Source of the DNA: an uncultured Candidatus Actinomarina sp.
Lineage (GTDB): Bacteria > Actinomycetota > Acidimicrobiia > Actinomarinales > Actinomarinaceae
Direction: 5' to 3'
DNA: 64,000 bases
NCBI GenBank assembly: GCA_902595195.1
Contig: CACJPC010000001.1
Coordinates: 86,654 to 150,653 of the forward strand
Under the pieces are notes generated by a model, which had not been told where the DNA came from, did no database searches, and saw only the letters and a program-made list of their open reading frames with translations. The translations under genes were made by a program, and so were the position numbers. Below, piece after piece: positions 44,509-53,130 of this stretch; positions within the stretch are counted from its first letter, which is position 1, and each line of letters starts with the position of its first letter.

Positions 44509-45777
44509 TTAAAAACTAATAATAAACTTGGCTCCACCAAGCTCGGATTTATCTACGGAAATAGTCCACCCATATTTTAAAGTTATATTTTTAACAATAC
44601 TTAAACCAATGCCTTTACCGCTTTTATTTCTTGTTCTTGACTCATCTTCTTGCCAAAAGGGGGTAAATATTAAATCGTAGTTTTTTGGTTTAATACCGCC
44701 ACCATCATCTTCAACAATCACTGAAGGAATGCCATGAACCAAGTCAGTACTAATTACAGTTTTGTTGGATTTAAATTTTTCTGCATTTCCAATTAAATTA
44801 TTAAGCATTAATTTAACAACCTTACTGTTTGAAAAAACTTTTATTTCTTTCTTGTCTTGAAATACAATATCTGTACCGACCACTACTGTCTTAATTAACT
44901 CATTGACAAGGACTTCTTCAGAGCCTTCGGTGTTGCTGCCTGAAGTCTCTAAATCCAATAATGCTTCAAGTGTTGATTGGATTTCATTAATATCTTCTTG
45001 AATATTCTTAATCATCTCTTCATTTACACCGTTTAAGACACTCAACTTTTCAATTTGAAGTTTTAAACTTGTTAGCGGTGTTTTTAACTCATGAGATGTG
45101 TTTGATATAAACTGTTTCTGACTAATTGAGCTGATATTAACTTTTTCAAGAAGGGAGTTAAATGTTGATATTAAATTTCCAATTTCATCGTTACTAGCAA
45201 CCTCGTCGAGTTTCTCGAGCTTATTTAAAGGATCTAATTTTTCTATTTTCTTTATAGATTTATCTACTGGCTTTAATGCTATTTGTATAGAAATTAAAAT
45301 TCCAACAATAACTAACAATGAAGCCAAAATGTAAATTACAATAAAAATTCTCTCTATACCATTAATTATCTCGCTTGGTGTTGATTCGCTAAACCCAACA
45401 ACAATATCTACTTTTTTATCGTTACTCTCAGTTTTTATAAAGTTTAGATCAGTTAAGTTTTCGTTAAATTTGTTACTTTGGGGGTCATAATCATCAATGA
45501 GGTTTGGTGGAAAAAAACTATATTCAGATATTAGTTTTCCATTTTGCTTATCATATACCAACACAAAATATGGAATGAAGCGTTGACTTTCTAACGGTTC
45601 GAGGTTTTGATAATCTTCTTTTAACTCTTCAACTAATTTATCACTTCCTTCTTCTATAACCTGTTTAAACCTAAGCTCAGCTATATCTACTAATACTCCT
45701 GGAGCAATAAAAAGACCGACACCAAGGAAAAGGAGAGTAATTGATATAATTTTGGTTCTTATTCCTATATTCTTCAA
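44509..45777 (-). CDS. sensor histidine kinase (2 TM, HAMP, HisKA, HATPase_c)
   Basis: H-box SHELKTPLT and a G-box GKGIGLSIV. It is directly adjacent to the response regulator gene. Confidence 0.85.
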   Translation of the reverse strand: MKNIGIRTKIISITLLFLGVGLFIAPGVLVDIAELRFKQVIEEGSDKLVEELKEDYQNLEPLESQRFIPYFVLVYDKQNGKLISEYSFFPPNLIDDYDPQSNKFNENLTDLNFIKTESNDKKVDIVVGFSESTPSEIINGIERIFIVIYILASLLVIVGILISIQIALKPVDKSIKKIEKLDPLNKLEKLDEVASNDEIGNLISTFNSLLEKVNISSISQKQFISNTSHELKTPLTSLKLQIEKLSVLNGVNEEMIKNIQEDINEIQSTLEALLDLETSGSNTEGSEEVLVNELIKTVVVGTDIVFQDKKEIKVFSNSKVVKLMLNNLIGNAEKFKSNKTVISTDLVHGIPSVIVEDDGGGIKPKNYDLIFTPFWQEDESRTRNKSGKGIGLSIVKNITLKYGWTISVDKSELGGAKFIISF

Positions 45778-46452
45778 TCAATTCCACCTATACCCAAAAC
45801 CACGTACAGTGTTGATGCATACATCTAAATTAAATGGCTTTAGCTTTTTTCTGAGATAGCCAATATAAACCTCAACTTTATTAACGTCCTCTTCGGTTGG
45901 CTGTAAAATATCCCATATTTCTTCTAGTAGCTCTTTTTTAGTAAGAACATTGCCAGAGTTTTCTAATAAGTAACTTAGTAAATCAAATTCTTGTCTTGTT
46001 AACTCAATTTCTAATTTGTTGTGAGTAGCTTTTCTAGCAGCTAGGTCAATTTTTAAATCCTGAAATTCTAAGGTGTTTGTAGGAGCTATATCTTTTTTTA
46101 AAAGCTTTCTAACTCTTGCGAGCAACTCAATCATTGAAAAAGGTTTTCTTAAATAATCATTTGCACCAGTATCCAATCCCTCTTCGACATCATATTCACC
46201 ACTTTTTGCAGTCAACATTAAAATAGGTGACATCACTCCATGCTCTCTTACTTTTGCACACACTTTAAAGCCATTCATTTTTGGAATCATTATGTCTAGG
46301 ATTATTAAATCAGGTTGATTTTCCAAGATTTTAAAGTATCCCTCTTCTCCATCAAAAGCTTGGTCAACAACATAACCTTCATCAAGTAAAGAATCTTTGA
46401 CTAAGTCAGAAATTTTTATATCGTCCTCAATTAGAAGTACTTTGTTTACCAT
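45778..46452 (-). CDS. OmpR/PhoB-family response regulator
   Basis: Receiver domain (LLIEDD, DLIILDIMIPKMNG) plus a winged-helix C-terminus (VRGFGYRW). Confidence 0.9.
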   Translation of the reverse strand: MVNKVLLIEDDIKISDLVKDSLLDEGYVVDQAFDGEEGYFKILENQPDLIILDIMIPKMNGFKVCAKVREHGVMSPILMLTAKSGEYDVEEGLDTGANDYLRKPFSMIELLARVRKLLKKDIAPTNTLEFQDLKIDLAARKATHNKLEIELTRQEFDLLSYLLENSGNVLTKKELLEEIWDILQPTEEDVNKVEVYIGYLRKKLKPFNLDVCINTVRGFGYRWN

Positions 46453-46455
46453 AAG

Positions 46456-48096
46456 CTAGTTCTTGGCCTCGCGACTAACGCGCATCGGATTATCTAGTGC
46501 GTTTATGACAGGCTCTAGATCAGCTGGCCCCGGAGCTGTATATCTAACACCTTCAAATGGTTCTGGGCCAGGACCACCAGGATTGTAAAAGGCATTGTAA
46601 CCACCCTCTAGTGATGGGATTTCTACATAGGTAATGTTTCGTGCTGCTGCTTCATCGCCAACAAGAATTATATCAATGTAGTTATCCCTATCTTCAGCAT
46701 AACAATCATCATAAAAGATTCCTTCATCAGGGTTTTCTTTTTGCCCCAAATCCGAAAGCCCAACAATTCTGAGTGTTCCGCCTGCTACTAGATACTCCTG
46801 CCCCACCTTTTCCAAGAGAACTAATTCACCGTTAGACCCATTGGCGTGAATTCGGAAAAAATCCTCAAACATTGTGGGGGTCAAACCAGTAATACCATCG
46901 GGTGAGAAGCCTCCTGTTGTCAGCACGCGTATGCGAAAGTCACCCTCGTCATACAGTGATAGTTCATCGTTTGGCAAAACCCCAGATCTTGTTCCAAACC
47001 CCAAACCTCCTTCACCTAGAGCCTCGTTACCGACATGATTTAGTTTAGCTCCGACTAATTTTGGGCCCGAATCATAAGGACTTGTATCAGTTTCCCAGCT
47101 CAAGCCAACCGCATTAAACTCTTGGCCGTTTGGACCAATAAGAAGTAGCGGTGTTTCGTCTTCAACAATATCAAGCCTCACAGGGAAGATCGCATCTTCC
47201 TCGCTGCTGAGACCTCGATTGCCGAAATCACCAAACACAACAACCGTATTGCGTTCGTTCAATTCCCAATTTGGCAGCATTCCAGCGCTATTTGGAAAAA
47301 CGATATCGCCTGTGTTCAATGTGAATTGAAAATCGGTTAGATCAACAGTTTCTGTGGCTACAGGCCAACTAAATACAATAGGCAATCCGTCATCATCTTC
47401 AGAAGAACCCTTGTAGAACAAACCAACCCCGGCTGTACTTACAGTGCTGGTATATGCACCAGCTGGAGGATCTTCACCATTTGTACATGTTACTGAGCCA
47501 TACCAACTTCCTTCGGCTTCTCTGACAGTTTCTTCATTTACTTGGGGCCAACCAATAATTCCCTCAAAACCCATACCAGCAGATAAAATAACCGGTTCAT
47601 CACTCCAATAATCCGCTTCTTTTAAAGCGCCGTCAAAAAGCTGATCTTGCATATTCAACGAGTTCATAAGTCCTACGGCTAATACAACTAGCGCTCCAAA
47701 AACTGAAACTACTACAGCAAACCATCGTTTATGAAAGTACTTTTGTTCGTTAGATTCACTAATTTCAAAATCTTTTATTTTTAAGATTTGAGCCCAGCGA
47801 AGAAGTAAGTACAGACTTAGACCAATGAAAATGAGCATAGGAATTGCGAAATCGTGCTCACTTACATGAACTGTGTTAAGAGCAACGGTTGAAATAAATG
47901 CAACTAGTAACAACGTAAAAGAGAGTTTTTTGGGAGCACCTAGCAATATCGCAACTGCAACAAGAATAGCAATAACGTTACCAGTTATTCGCAACGGCTC
48001 TGCCATGTCAATTGCAATATGAAGTAACGCATCGAACGTGTTCCATCCGACTAAAACTGATGGAATACGACCACTTTTTATGACTTTATTTACCAC
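46456..48096 (-). CDS. membrane-anchored protein with large extracytoplasmic domain, unknown family; first gene of the TCS operon
   Basis: GTG start, about 5 N-terminal TM helices and then a roughly 390-aa Gly/Pro/Asp-rich domain. It ends 3 nt before the RR start. GC and codon usage are atypical. Confidence 0.75.
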   Translation of the reverse strand: MVNKVIKSGRIPSVLVGWNTFDALLHIAIDMAEPLRITGNVIAILVAVAILLGAPKKLSFTLLLVAFISTVALNTVHVSEHDFAIPMLIFIGLSLYLLLRWAQILKIKDFEISESNEQKYFHKRWFAVVVSVFGALVVLAVGLMNSLNMQDQLFDGALKEADYWSDEPVILSAGMGFEGIIGWPQVNEETVREAEGSWYGSVTCTNGEDPPAGAYTSTVSTAGVGLFYKGSSEDDDGLPIVFSWPVATETVDLTDFQFTLNTGDIVFPNSAGMLPNWELNERNTVVVFGDFGNRGLSSEEDAIFPVRLDIVEDETPLLLIGPNGQEFNAVGLSWETDTSPYDSGPKLVGAKLNHVGNEALGEGGLGFGTRSGVLPNDELSLYDEGDFRIRVLTTGGFSPDGITGLTPTMFEDFFRIHANGSNGELVLLEKVGQEYLVAGGTLRIVGLSDLGQKENPDEGIFYDDCYAEDRDNYIDIILVGDEAAARNITYVEIPSLEGGYNAFYNPGGPGPEPFEGVRYTAPGPADLEPVINALDNPMRVSREAKN

Positions 48097-48148
48097 AATT
48101 TAATGATGACAACATATATTTATTTAATCAAGCTTTATGAAGTTATCA

Positions 48149-48166
48149 TCACAGGATTCTCACAGG
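48149..48166 (+). promoter_or_regulatory. direct repeat TCACAGG-attc-TCACAGG (11-bp period), candidate OmpR-family binding site
   Basis: Read directly in the divergent region between the TCS operon and the 48191 operon. It ends 24 nt before ATG 48191, and TAAGAAT (48171-77) is a possible -10. Confidence 0.4.
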
Positions 48167-48190
48167 TTTTTAAGAATACACTCGAATGAA

Positions 48191-49156
48191 ATGAAAGTTT
48201 TTATGTTTACAAAAGAAAATACATTAAAAAGTGCATTATTTTTTTTAGCACTAGTAGTTACTGTAACTGTAATCACTCTAACTATTGGATTCGGAGGTAA
48301 TAAATCTTTAGATAAAGGAAGCAGATGGATTTCACTGGGGATGGATGAAATCAAAAGCATTGAACAATTAAACGAAGATCAAGCTCTAAAAATTAATAGT
48401 CATTTAAAGGAACTTAATGATCAAGAAGAACTACGAACAAACAAGGATTTTCAAAATACTTTCATTGAAGAAATAAGAACCGAAAATTATCCTGAATCTG
48501 CAATTTTATCAGTTGAAAAAACTCATATAAGAGTGAGTTCGCCTCTTAATTATCATGATGGTTATTGGGTTACAAAAGTGAAACTACCAAATATTTTTTT
48601 CAAAGGAACAGTTATTAACGATATGCACATTGACCCCTATACGAAACGAGTCACAGTCTATGCAAAATTACAAGTGTTGGGTAGAACAGTTTCGCCAGCA
48701 CAAGTTGGGCCTGGTGAATATGTAACAGATGACGATGGTAATAAAACAGCTCATCATCCAAATTCAGTTTACCTTAATGGTAGTGGACAAGAACTTTCTG
48801 AATCAGATGGTACAGGGGAATGGTGGGTAAAACATTCTTGGGTTCTTGATGGTGAAGGTTATATGAATTGGGAATTGAAACCTGAAGAGGACTATGGTGA
48901 AGGAACCTGGGTTGATGGTATTCTTCTAGATGATGGTATAACAATGAAAATTGGCACACTCAGTGATACAGAAAACCTATTGGGATTCAACACGCGTAAA
49001 CCTATTTTTAAAGATAACAAGTTAACATATGAAGTTATTAGGTGGGAATATGAAAATAATGAATCAGAACCAAATGAGGTTTTTACATTGGAGTGGAACT
49101 ATAAAACTAAAAAAAGTGCTTTTGATGGACTTAGAAGAAAGCCTTTAGGAGGATAA
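48191..49156 (+). CDS. N-terminally anchored extracytoplasmic protein, unknown family
   Basis: The track ORF starts at 48137. Starting at ATG 48191 (MKVFMFTKENTLKSALFFLALVV...) leaves a 94-nt divergent promoter region. One TM helix. No recognisable domain. Confidence 0.7.
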   Translation: MKVFMFTKENTLKSALFFLALVVTVTVITLTIGFGGNKSLDKGSRWISLGMDEIKSIEQLNEDQALKINSHLKELNDQEELRTNKDFQNTFIEEIRTENYPESAILSVEKTHIRVSSPLNYHDGYWVTKVKLPNIFFKGTVINDMHIDPYTKRVTVYAKLQVLGRTVSPAQVGPGEYVTDDDGNKTAHHPNSVYLNGSGQELSESDGTGEWWVKHSWVLDGEGYMNWELKPEEDYGEGTWVDGILLDDGITMKIGTLSDTENLLGFNTRKPIFKDNKLTYEVIRWEYENNESEPNEVFTLEWNYKTKKSAFDGLRRKPLGG

Positions 49157-49161
49157 ACTTA

Positions 49162-49602
49162 ATGAAAAAATTAATACCTGAAACAATCGAAAATAAAATT
49201 CCAAGTAACAAATTTGTCTATTATTTCACATGGCTATTAGTTGCATTTAATTTTTTTAGAAGTTTAGAGCATATATTTAACGATGATGGAGGAGCACAAT
49301 CTATTGCTGGTATTCCACTCGACTTTTATATTCCTGAAGCCTCAAATAATATAATTTCAATATTTGCTCAGTGGGGCTTTTCACAGCTAGTTTTAGCTTG
49401 CATATTATTACTTGTTGTTTTAAAAATGAGGGAATTAATACCTCTCATATTGCTCATTATTGCTTTAGAAAACATTTTAAGAGGAGCAGTAGCGTTATAT
49501 AAGCCTTTAATTTTGTTAGATGCTCCTCCAGGTGCAGTTTCTCCAATTATTGGTTTAGTAACTTTAGTTGTTTTTTTTATTTCAATAAGAGAAAACAAGT
49601 AA
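49162..49602 (+). CDS. small four-helix membrane protein, unknown family
   Basis: ORF track. A strong AGGAGG lies upstream, 5 nt after the previous stop. Confidence 0.7.
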   Translation: MKKLIPETIENKIPSNKFVYYFTWLLVAFNFFRSLEHIFNDDGGAQSIAGIPLDFYIPEASNNIISIFAQWGFSQLVLACILLLVVLKMRELIPLILLIIALENILRGAVALYKPLILLDAPPGAVSPIIGLVTLVVFFISIRENK

Positions 49603-49606
49603 AACT

Positions 49607-50197
49607 ATGAAAAAATATTTAAAAACTCCCTTACTACTTTTATTTATTTTTTTATTGGCGTGCTCTTCATCAGATGAATCAGAAGGAGTTGTTTCTGCAA
49701 ATGATTTATCAAGTGATACAACAGTTACAACGATTGTGGAGGAAGTTGCTGAAGAGGTCGTTTCAGTTGAAGATGCACAGCTTCTACTAGCTAGGTGCTT
49801 AAGAGAAAATGGATATGATATTACAGATCCTAAAAACGATGAGAGTTTACAAAGTGTCATTGGCCCAATTTGGTTAGCTGCTGATCAAAAAGGCAGGCAA
49901 GAACTCCAAGAGTCCATTCAGACATGTGCTGAAGAGAACAACATACCCCTTGGTGGTTCAGCAGAATTTGAGAATCCAGAAGCTGTTGCTGACTTATTAG
50001 ACACTCAGTTAGAGTTTGCCCAGTGCTTACGAGAAAACGGAATAGAGGTAGTAGATCCAAGTGCTGAAACCCCACTTCAACCTTTACTTATTGAGCTTGT
50101 TCAGTCTGGACAATATCTACAGACTCAAATTCAAGAAGCTGCAAATATATGTTTTGACGAGCTTGGAATTGACCCACCACAACAGGGCGGTGGTTAA
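49607..50197 (+). CDS. Cys-motif lipoprotein, paralog B
   Basis: Lipobox LLAC. The two units are LARCLRENGYDITDP...QTC and FAQCLRENGIEVVDP...NIC. Confidence 0.8.
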   Translation: MKKYLKTPLLLLFIFLLACSSSDESEGVVSANDLSSDTTVTTIVEEVAEEVVSVEDAQLLLARCLRENGYDITDPKNDESLQSVIGPIWLAADQKGRQELQESIQTCAEENNIPLGGSAEFENPEAVADLLDTQLEFAQCLRENGIEVVDPSAETPLQPLLIELVQSGQYLQTQIQEAANICFDELGIDPPQQGGG

Positions 50198-50222
50198 AGC
50201 TACATATAATTTATAATTTTAT

Positions 50223-50822
50223 ATGTACAAAAAAATCTCAGTAACACTAGTTTTATTTACTGCTTGCTCACTATTTCAACAAGAAGAACAAGCTGTTGTT
50301 TCTGTAGCAGATACTGATAAAGGAAAAGCAGCAATCGCTTCTGGCGTACAACTAACAGATGAACGAGAAGAGATTTCAGATGAGGATGCACCTTTAGTAC
50401 TTGTTCAGTGTGTTAATGAATCTGGTTATAGATTTAAAGAACCAAAAAACTTTTTAGATCTTTACACCACAATTGCATCGTATTTTGAAACAATAACCGA
50501 ACAAGAGGCCGAGGAACTGTGGGACATAATCGAGGAATGTGCTTTGGAATATAATTTATGGGGGGTAGCAGATGAAAATCAATTCGAAGATCCGGCACAA
50601 GTATCAAAAGAAATTGACAGATCACTGTTTATGGCGAAGTGTTTTAGAGAAAGTGGATATCCTAAAGTCCCAGACCCAGATTATTTCAACCGAGAAGTTA
50701 GGTTAGATGCTTATATTGATGAAGATTGGGAGCTTAGAGAAGACGACCCACTAGTCCAGACATGGCAAGCATGTGAAGATAAATTACCAGAAGAGTTAAA
50801 AGACGATGAGTGGGATGCATAA
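50223..50822 (+). CDS. Cys-motif lipoprotein, paralog C
   Basis: Lipobox FTAC. The two units are LVQCVNESGYRFKEP...EEC and MAKCFRESGYPKVPDP...QAC. Confidence 0.8.
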   Translation: MYKKISVTLVLFTACSLFQQEEQAVVSVADTDKGKAAIASGVQLTDEREEISDEDAPLVLVQCVNESGYRFKEPKNFLDLYTTIASYFETITEQEAEELWDIIEECALEYNLWGVADENQFEDPAQVSKEIDRSLFMAKCFRESGYPKVPDPDYFNREVRLDAYIDEDWELREDDPLVQTWQACEDKLPEELKDDEWDA

Positions 50823-50884
50823 AAAACTTAAGAAATTAATTCTCAGAAAACATACAGGTTTAATAAACTACTCTAATTGGAACA

Positions 50885-52450
50885 ATGATGAAAAATATAT
50901 TTAAATTAAAAAACTTATTAATTTTAGTTGCTGTTGCAGCACTAGCTTATGGTGGTTACTATTTTGGAACACAAAATGCAGATACATCTTCTAGCAGTAA
51001 AACACTGGAATTGACCACTGTTGCTATACAAAAAGGTGACTTAGCAAAAAAAGAAGAGTACAACGGAACATTAAGGCAGACAGACAAAAAAGTTCTTAAT
51101 TCGCCAACCAATGGAGTTGTTACTTTTCTACCTGAAGAAGGGACAATAATTAATTTTGGAGAGGTACTTTTCGTTATTGACAATAAACCAGTAATACTGC
51201 TTGAAGGAAGCACTCCCTTTTACAGAACTCTTGATTTGAATTCTGATCCTGGTGTTGACATAAAACAAGTTGAAGAAGCTTTAGTTTATTTAGGCTATGC
51301 GGAAAATTCTTTTGTGCCAGATGAAATTTTTGACACAGAAACATCACAAATGCTTAATGAGTTATATATAGATTATGGAATTGAAACTAAAACAGAAATT
51401 ACTCCTACCGAGCAAGTTTTAATAAATCAAAAAGAAGATGAAATAGAAAATTTTGAAGACATAATTTCAGATGGAGGAACAACTCTCAAAGAAGTTGACA
51501 ATAAGAAAAAATTATTAGATGATGCAATAGAAAATGCAACAAAAGAAAATGCTGCTTGGCAGGCTGCAGATGCAGAGATTGAAAGAATTCGTAATTTAAT
51601 AGACGAGCTCCAATATGAATCTATGTCTGAAGAAACTCGAGCTGGAAAGAAGGCAGATTATGAAGAAGATATTAAAGCACAAGAACGTATAAAAAACAGG
51701 GAAGCAGGAAAAGAATCCGGAATTGATGCTACCGAAGCCCTAGCAATTGAAAATGCTCAGAAAGCTTACGATGAAGCGCTTGAGTCTTACAATGAAGGTG
51801 TTAACAGAGAGGCTGAATTAGAAAAAGCAAGAGAAGAATTAGTTGAATTAAAATTAAGTGCTGTTTCAGAAACGTTTAGCCCAACTAATGCTTTTGCTTC
51901 AAAAACTCCAGTTATTGTTGGATCATACATTAATGACGTAGGGTCTGCTGTAGCTCTAAACTCACCTTTGTATAATATTTCTTCAACTGGAATAGAAGTA
52001 GTTTTTCAAGTAGATGCCACAGACCAAGAAACAGTATCTCTTGGAGACAGCGTTGAGATAGAACTTCCTACAAACGAAAGAGTTCCAACAGTAATTACAT
52101 TTATAGATCAAGTTGTAACACAAACGCAAGCAGGAGAATTTATAGAAGTGACATTAGAAGTTCTTAATCCAGAAGAAATTGAAGCTTACGACCAAGCTCC
52201 AGTAAAGGTATTCGTCACAACAGAAATTTCTGAAAACGTTTTATACGTTCCAGTAAATGCACTTCTTGCCTTAGCAGAAGGTGGCTACGCCTTAGAAGTG
52301 TATGATGGAGAATCCGATGGGGGAACTTTCGAAGGAGAGTCTGGGGTTGACACCAGCTACGTCGCTGTTGAAATAGGAGTTTTCACTGACGGTTTTGTTG
52401 AAGTAAAAGGTAATATCTCAGAAGGTCAAACAGTAGTCGTTCCAAGATGA
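50885..52450 (+). CDS. HlyD/membrane-fusion-type adaptor with peptidoglycan-binding segment
   Basis: An N-terminal TM helix is followed by a PG_binding_1-like stretch (VKQVEEALVYLGYAENSFVPDEIFDTETSQMLNELY). A long coiled coil and a C-terminal beta-barrel region follow. There is an ATGA overlap with the ABC ATPase gene. Confidence 0.75.
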   Translation: MMKNIFKLKNLLILVAVAALAYGGYYFGTQNADTSSSSKTLELTTVAIQKGDLAKKEEYNGTLRQTDKKVLNSPTNGVVTFLPEEGTIINFGEVLFVIDNKPVILLEGSTPFYRTLDLNSDPGVDIKQVEEALVYLGYAENSFVPDEIFDTETSQMLNELYIDYGIETKTEITPTEQVLINQKEDEIENFEDIISDGGTTLKEVDNKKKLLDDAIENATKENAAWQAADAEIERIRNLIDELQYESMSEETRAGKKADYEEDIKAQERIKNREAGKESGIDATEALAIENAQKAYDEALESYNEGVNREAELEKAREELVELKLSAVSETFSPTNAFASKTPVIVGSYINDVGSAVALNSPLYNISSTGIEVVFQVDATDQETVSLGDSVEIELPTNERVPTVITFIDQVVTQTQAGEFIEVTLEVLNPEEIEAYDQAPVKVFVTTEISENVLYVPVNALLALAEGGYALEVYDGESDGGTFEGESGVDTSYVAVEIGVFTDGFVEVKGNISEGQTVVVPR

Positions 52451-53130
52451 AAACCAGTACGAAAACTGTAATATCTATAAACAATATTTCCAAAGTTTAC
52501 GAAGGCCCACCACCTGTAAGAGCTTTAGACGGTGTATCTTTAGAAATTAAAGAAGGTGATTTTGTTTCAATTGTTGGACAATCAGGAAGTGGAAAATCAA
52601 CTTTCTTAAATATGATTGGTTTACTAGATAGCATAACTGATGGCTCAATAGAGATTGAAGGTAGTGATGTATCAAAACTTTCAGACAATGAGCTTTCAAA
52701 ATTCAGAGGTGAGAAAATTGGGTTTATTTTTCAAAGTTTTTTTCTTTTACCTGGTTTAACTGCACAGGAAAATGTTGCAGAAGGACTTTTATACCAAGGG
52801 ATTTCTAGATCAAAAAGATTAGAAAAAGCAAAAGAGGTACTGGACCAAGTGGGTTTAGGAGACAGATTAACTCATCTTCCAAAAGAATTATCTGGGGGAC
52901 AGCAACAAAGAGTTGCAATTGCTCGTGCATTAGTCCAAGACCCTGCATTTGTATTAGCGGATGAACCAACAGGTAATCTAGATAAAGAATCTGGATTAAA
53001 TATTCTCAATATCCTAAAAGACCTTAATAATCAAGGAAAAACAGTAATAATGATTACCCACAACCAAGAACATGCAAATATGTTTAAAAAAGTAATTGAG
53101 CTAGTTGATGGAAAAATAGTAAATCAATGA
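52447..53130 (+). CDS. ABC transporter ATP-binding protein (MacB/FtsE-like)
   Basis: Walker [10 protein letters not shown], signature LSGGQQQRV and Walker [12 protein letters not shown]. Confidence 0.9.
   Translation: MKTSTKTVISINNISKVYEGPPPVRALDGVSLEIKEGDFVSIVGQSGSGKSTFLNMIGLLDSITDGSIEIEGSDVSKLSDNELSKFRGEKIGFIFQSFFLLPGLTAQENVAEGLLYQGISRSKRLEKAKEVLDQVGLGDRLTHLPKELSGGQQQRVAIARALVQDPAFVLADEPTGNLDKESGLNILNILKDLNNQGKTVIMITHNQEHANMFKKVIELVDGKIVNQ

Noticed and set aside
46438-46452. The RR and the upstream 546-aa protein both begin MVNKV (12 of 15 nt identical; the second copy is at 48082-48096). This was considered as a duplication scar from gene insertion.
   Set aside because: The similarity stops after five codons and the upstream sequences are unrelated. 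It is too short to distinguish from chance in AT-rich DNA.
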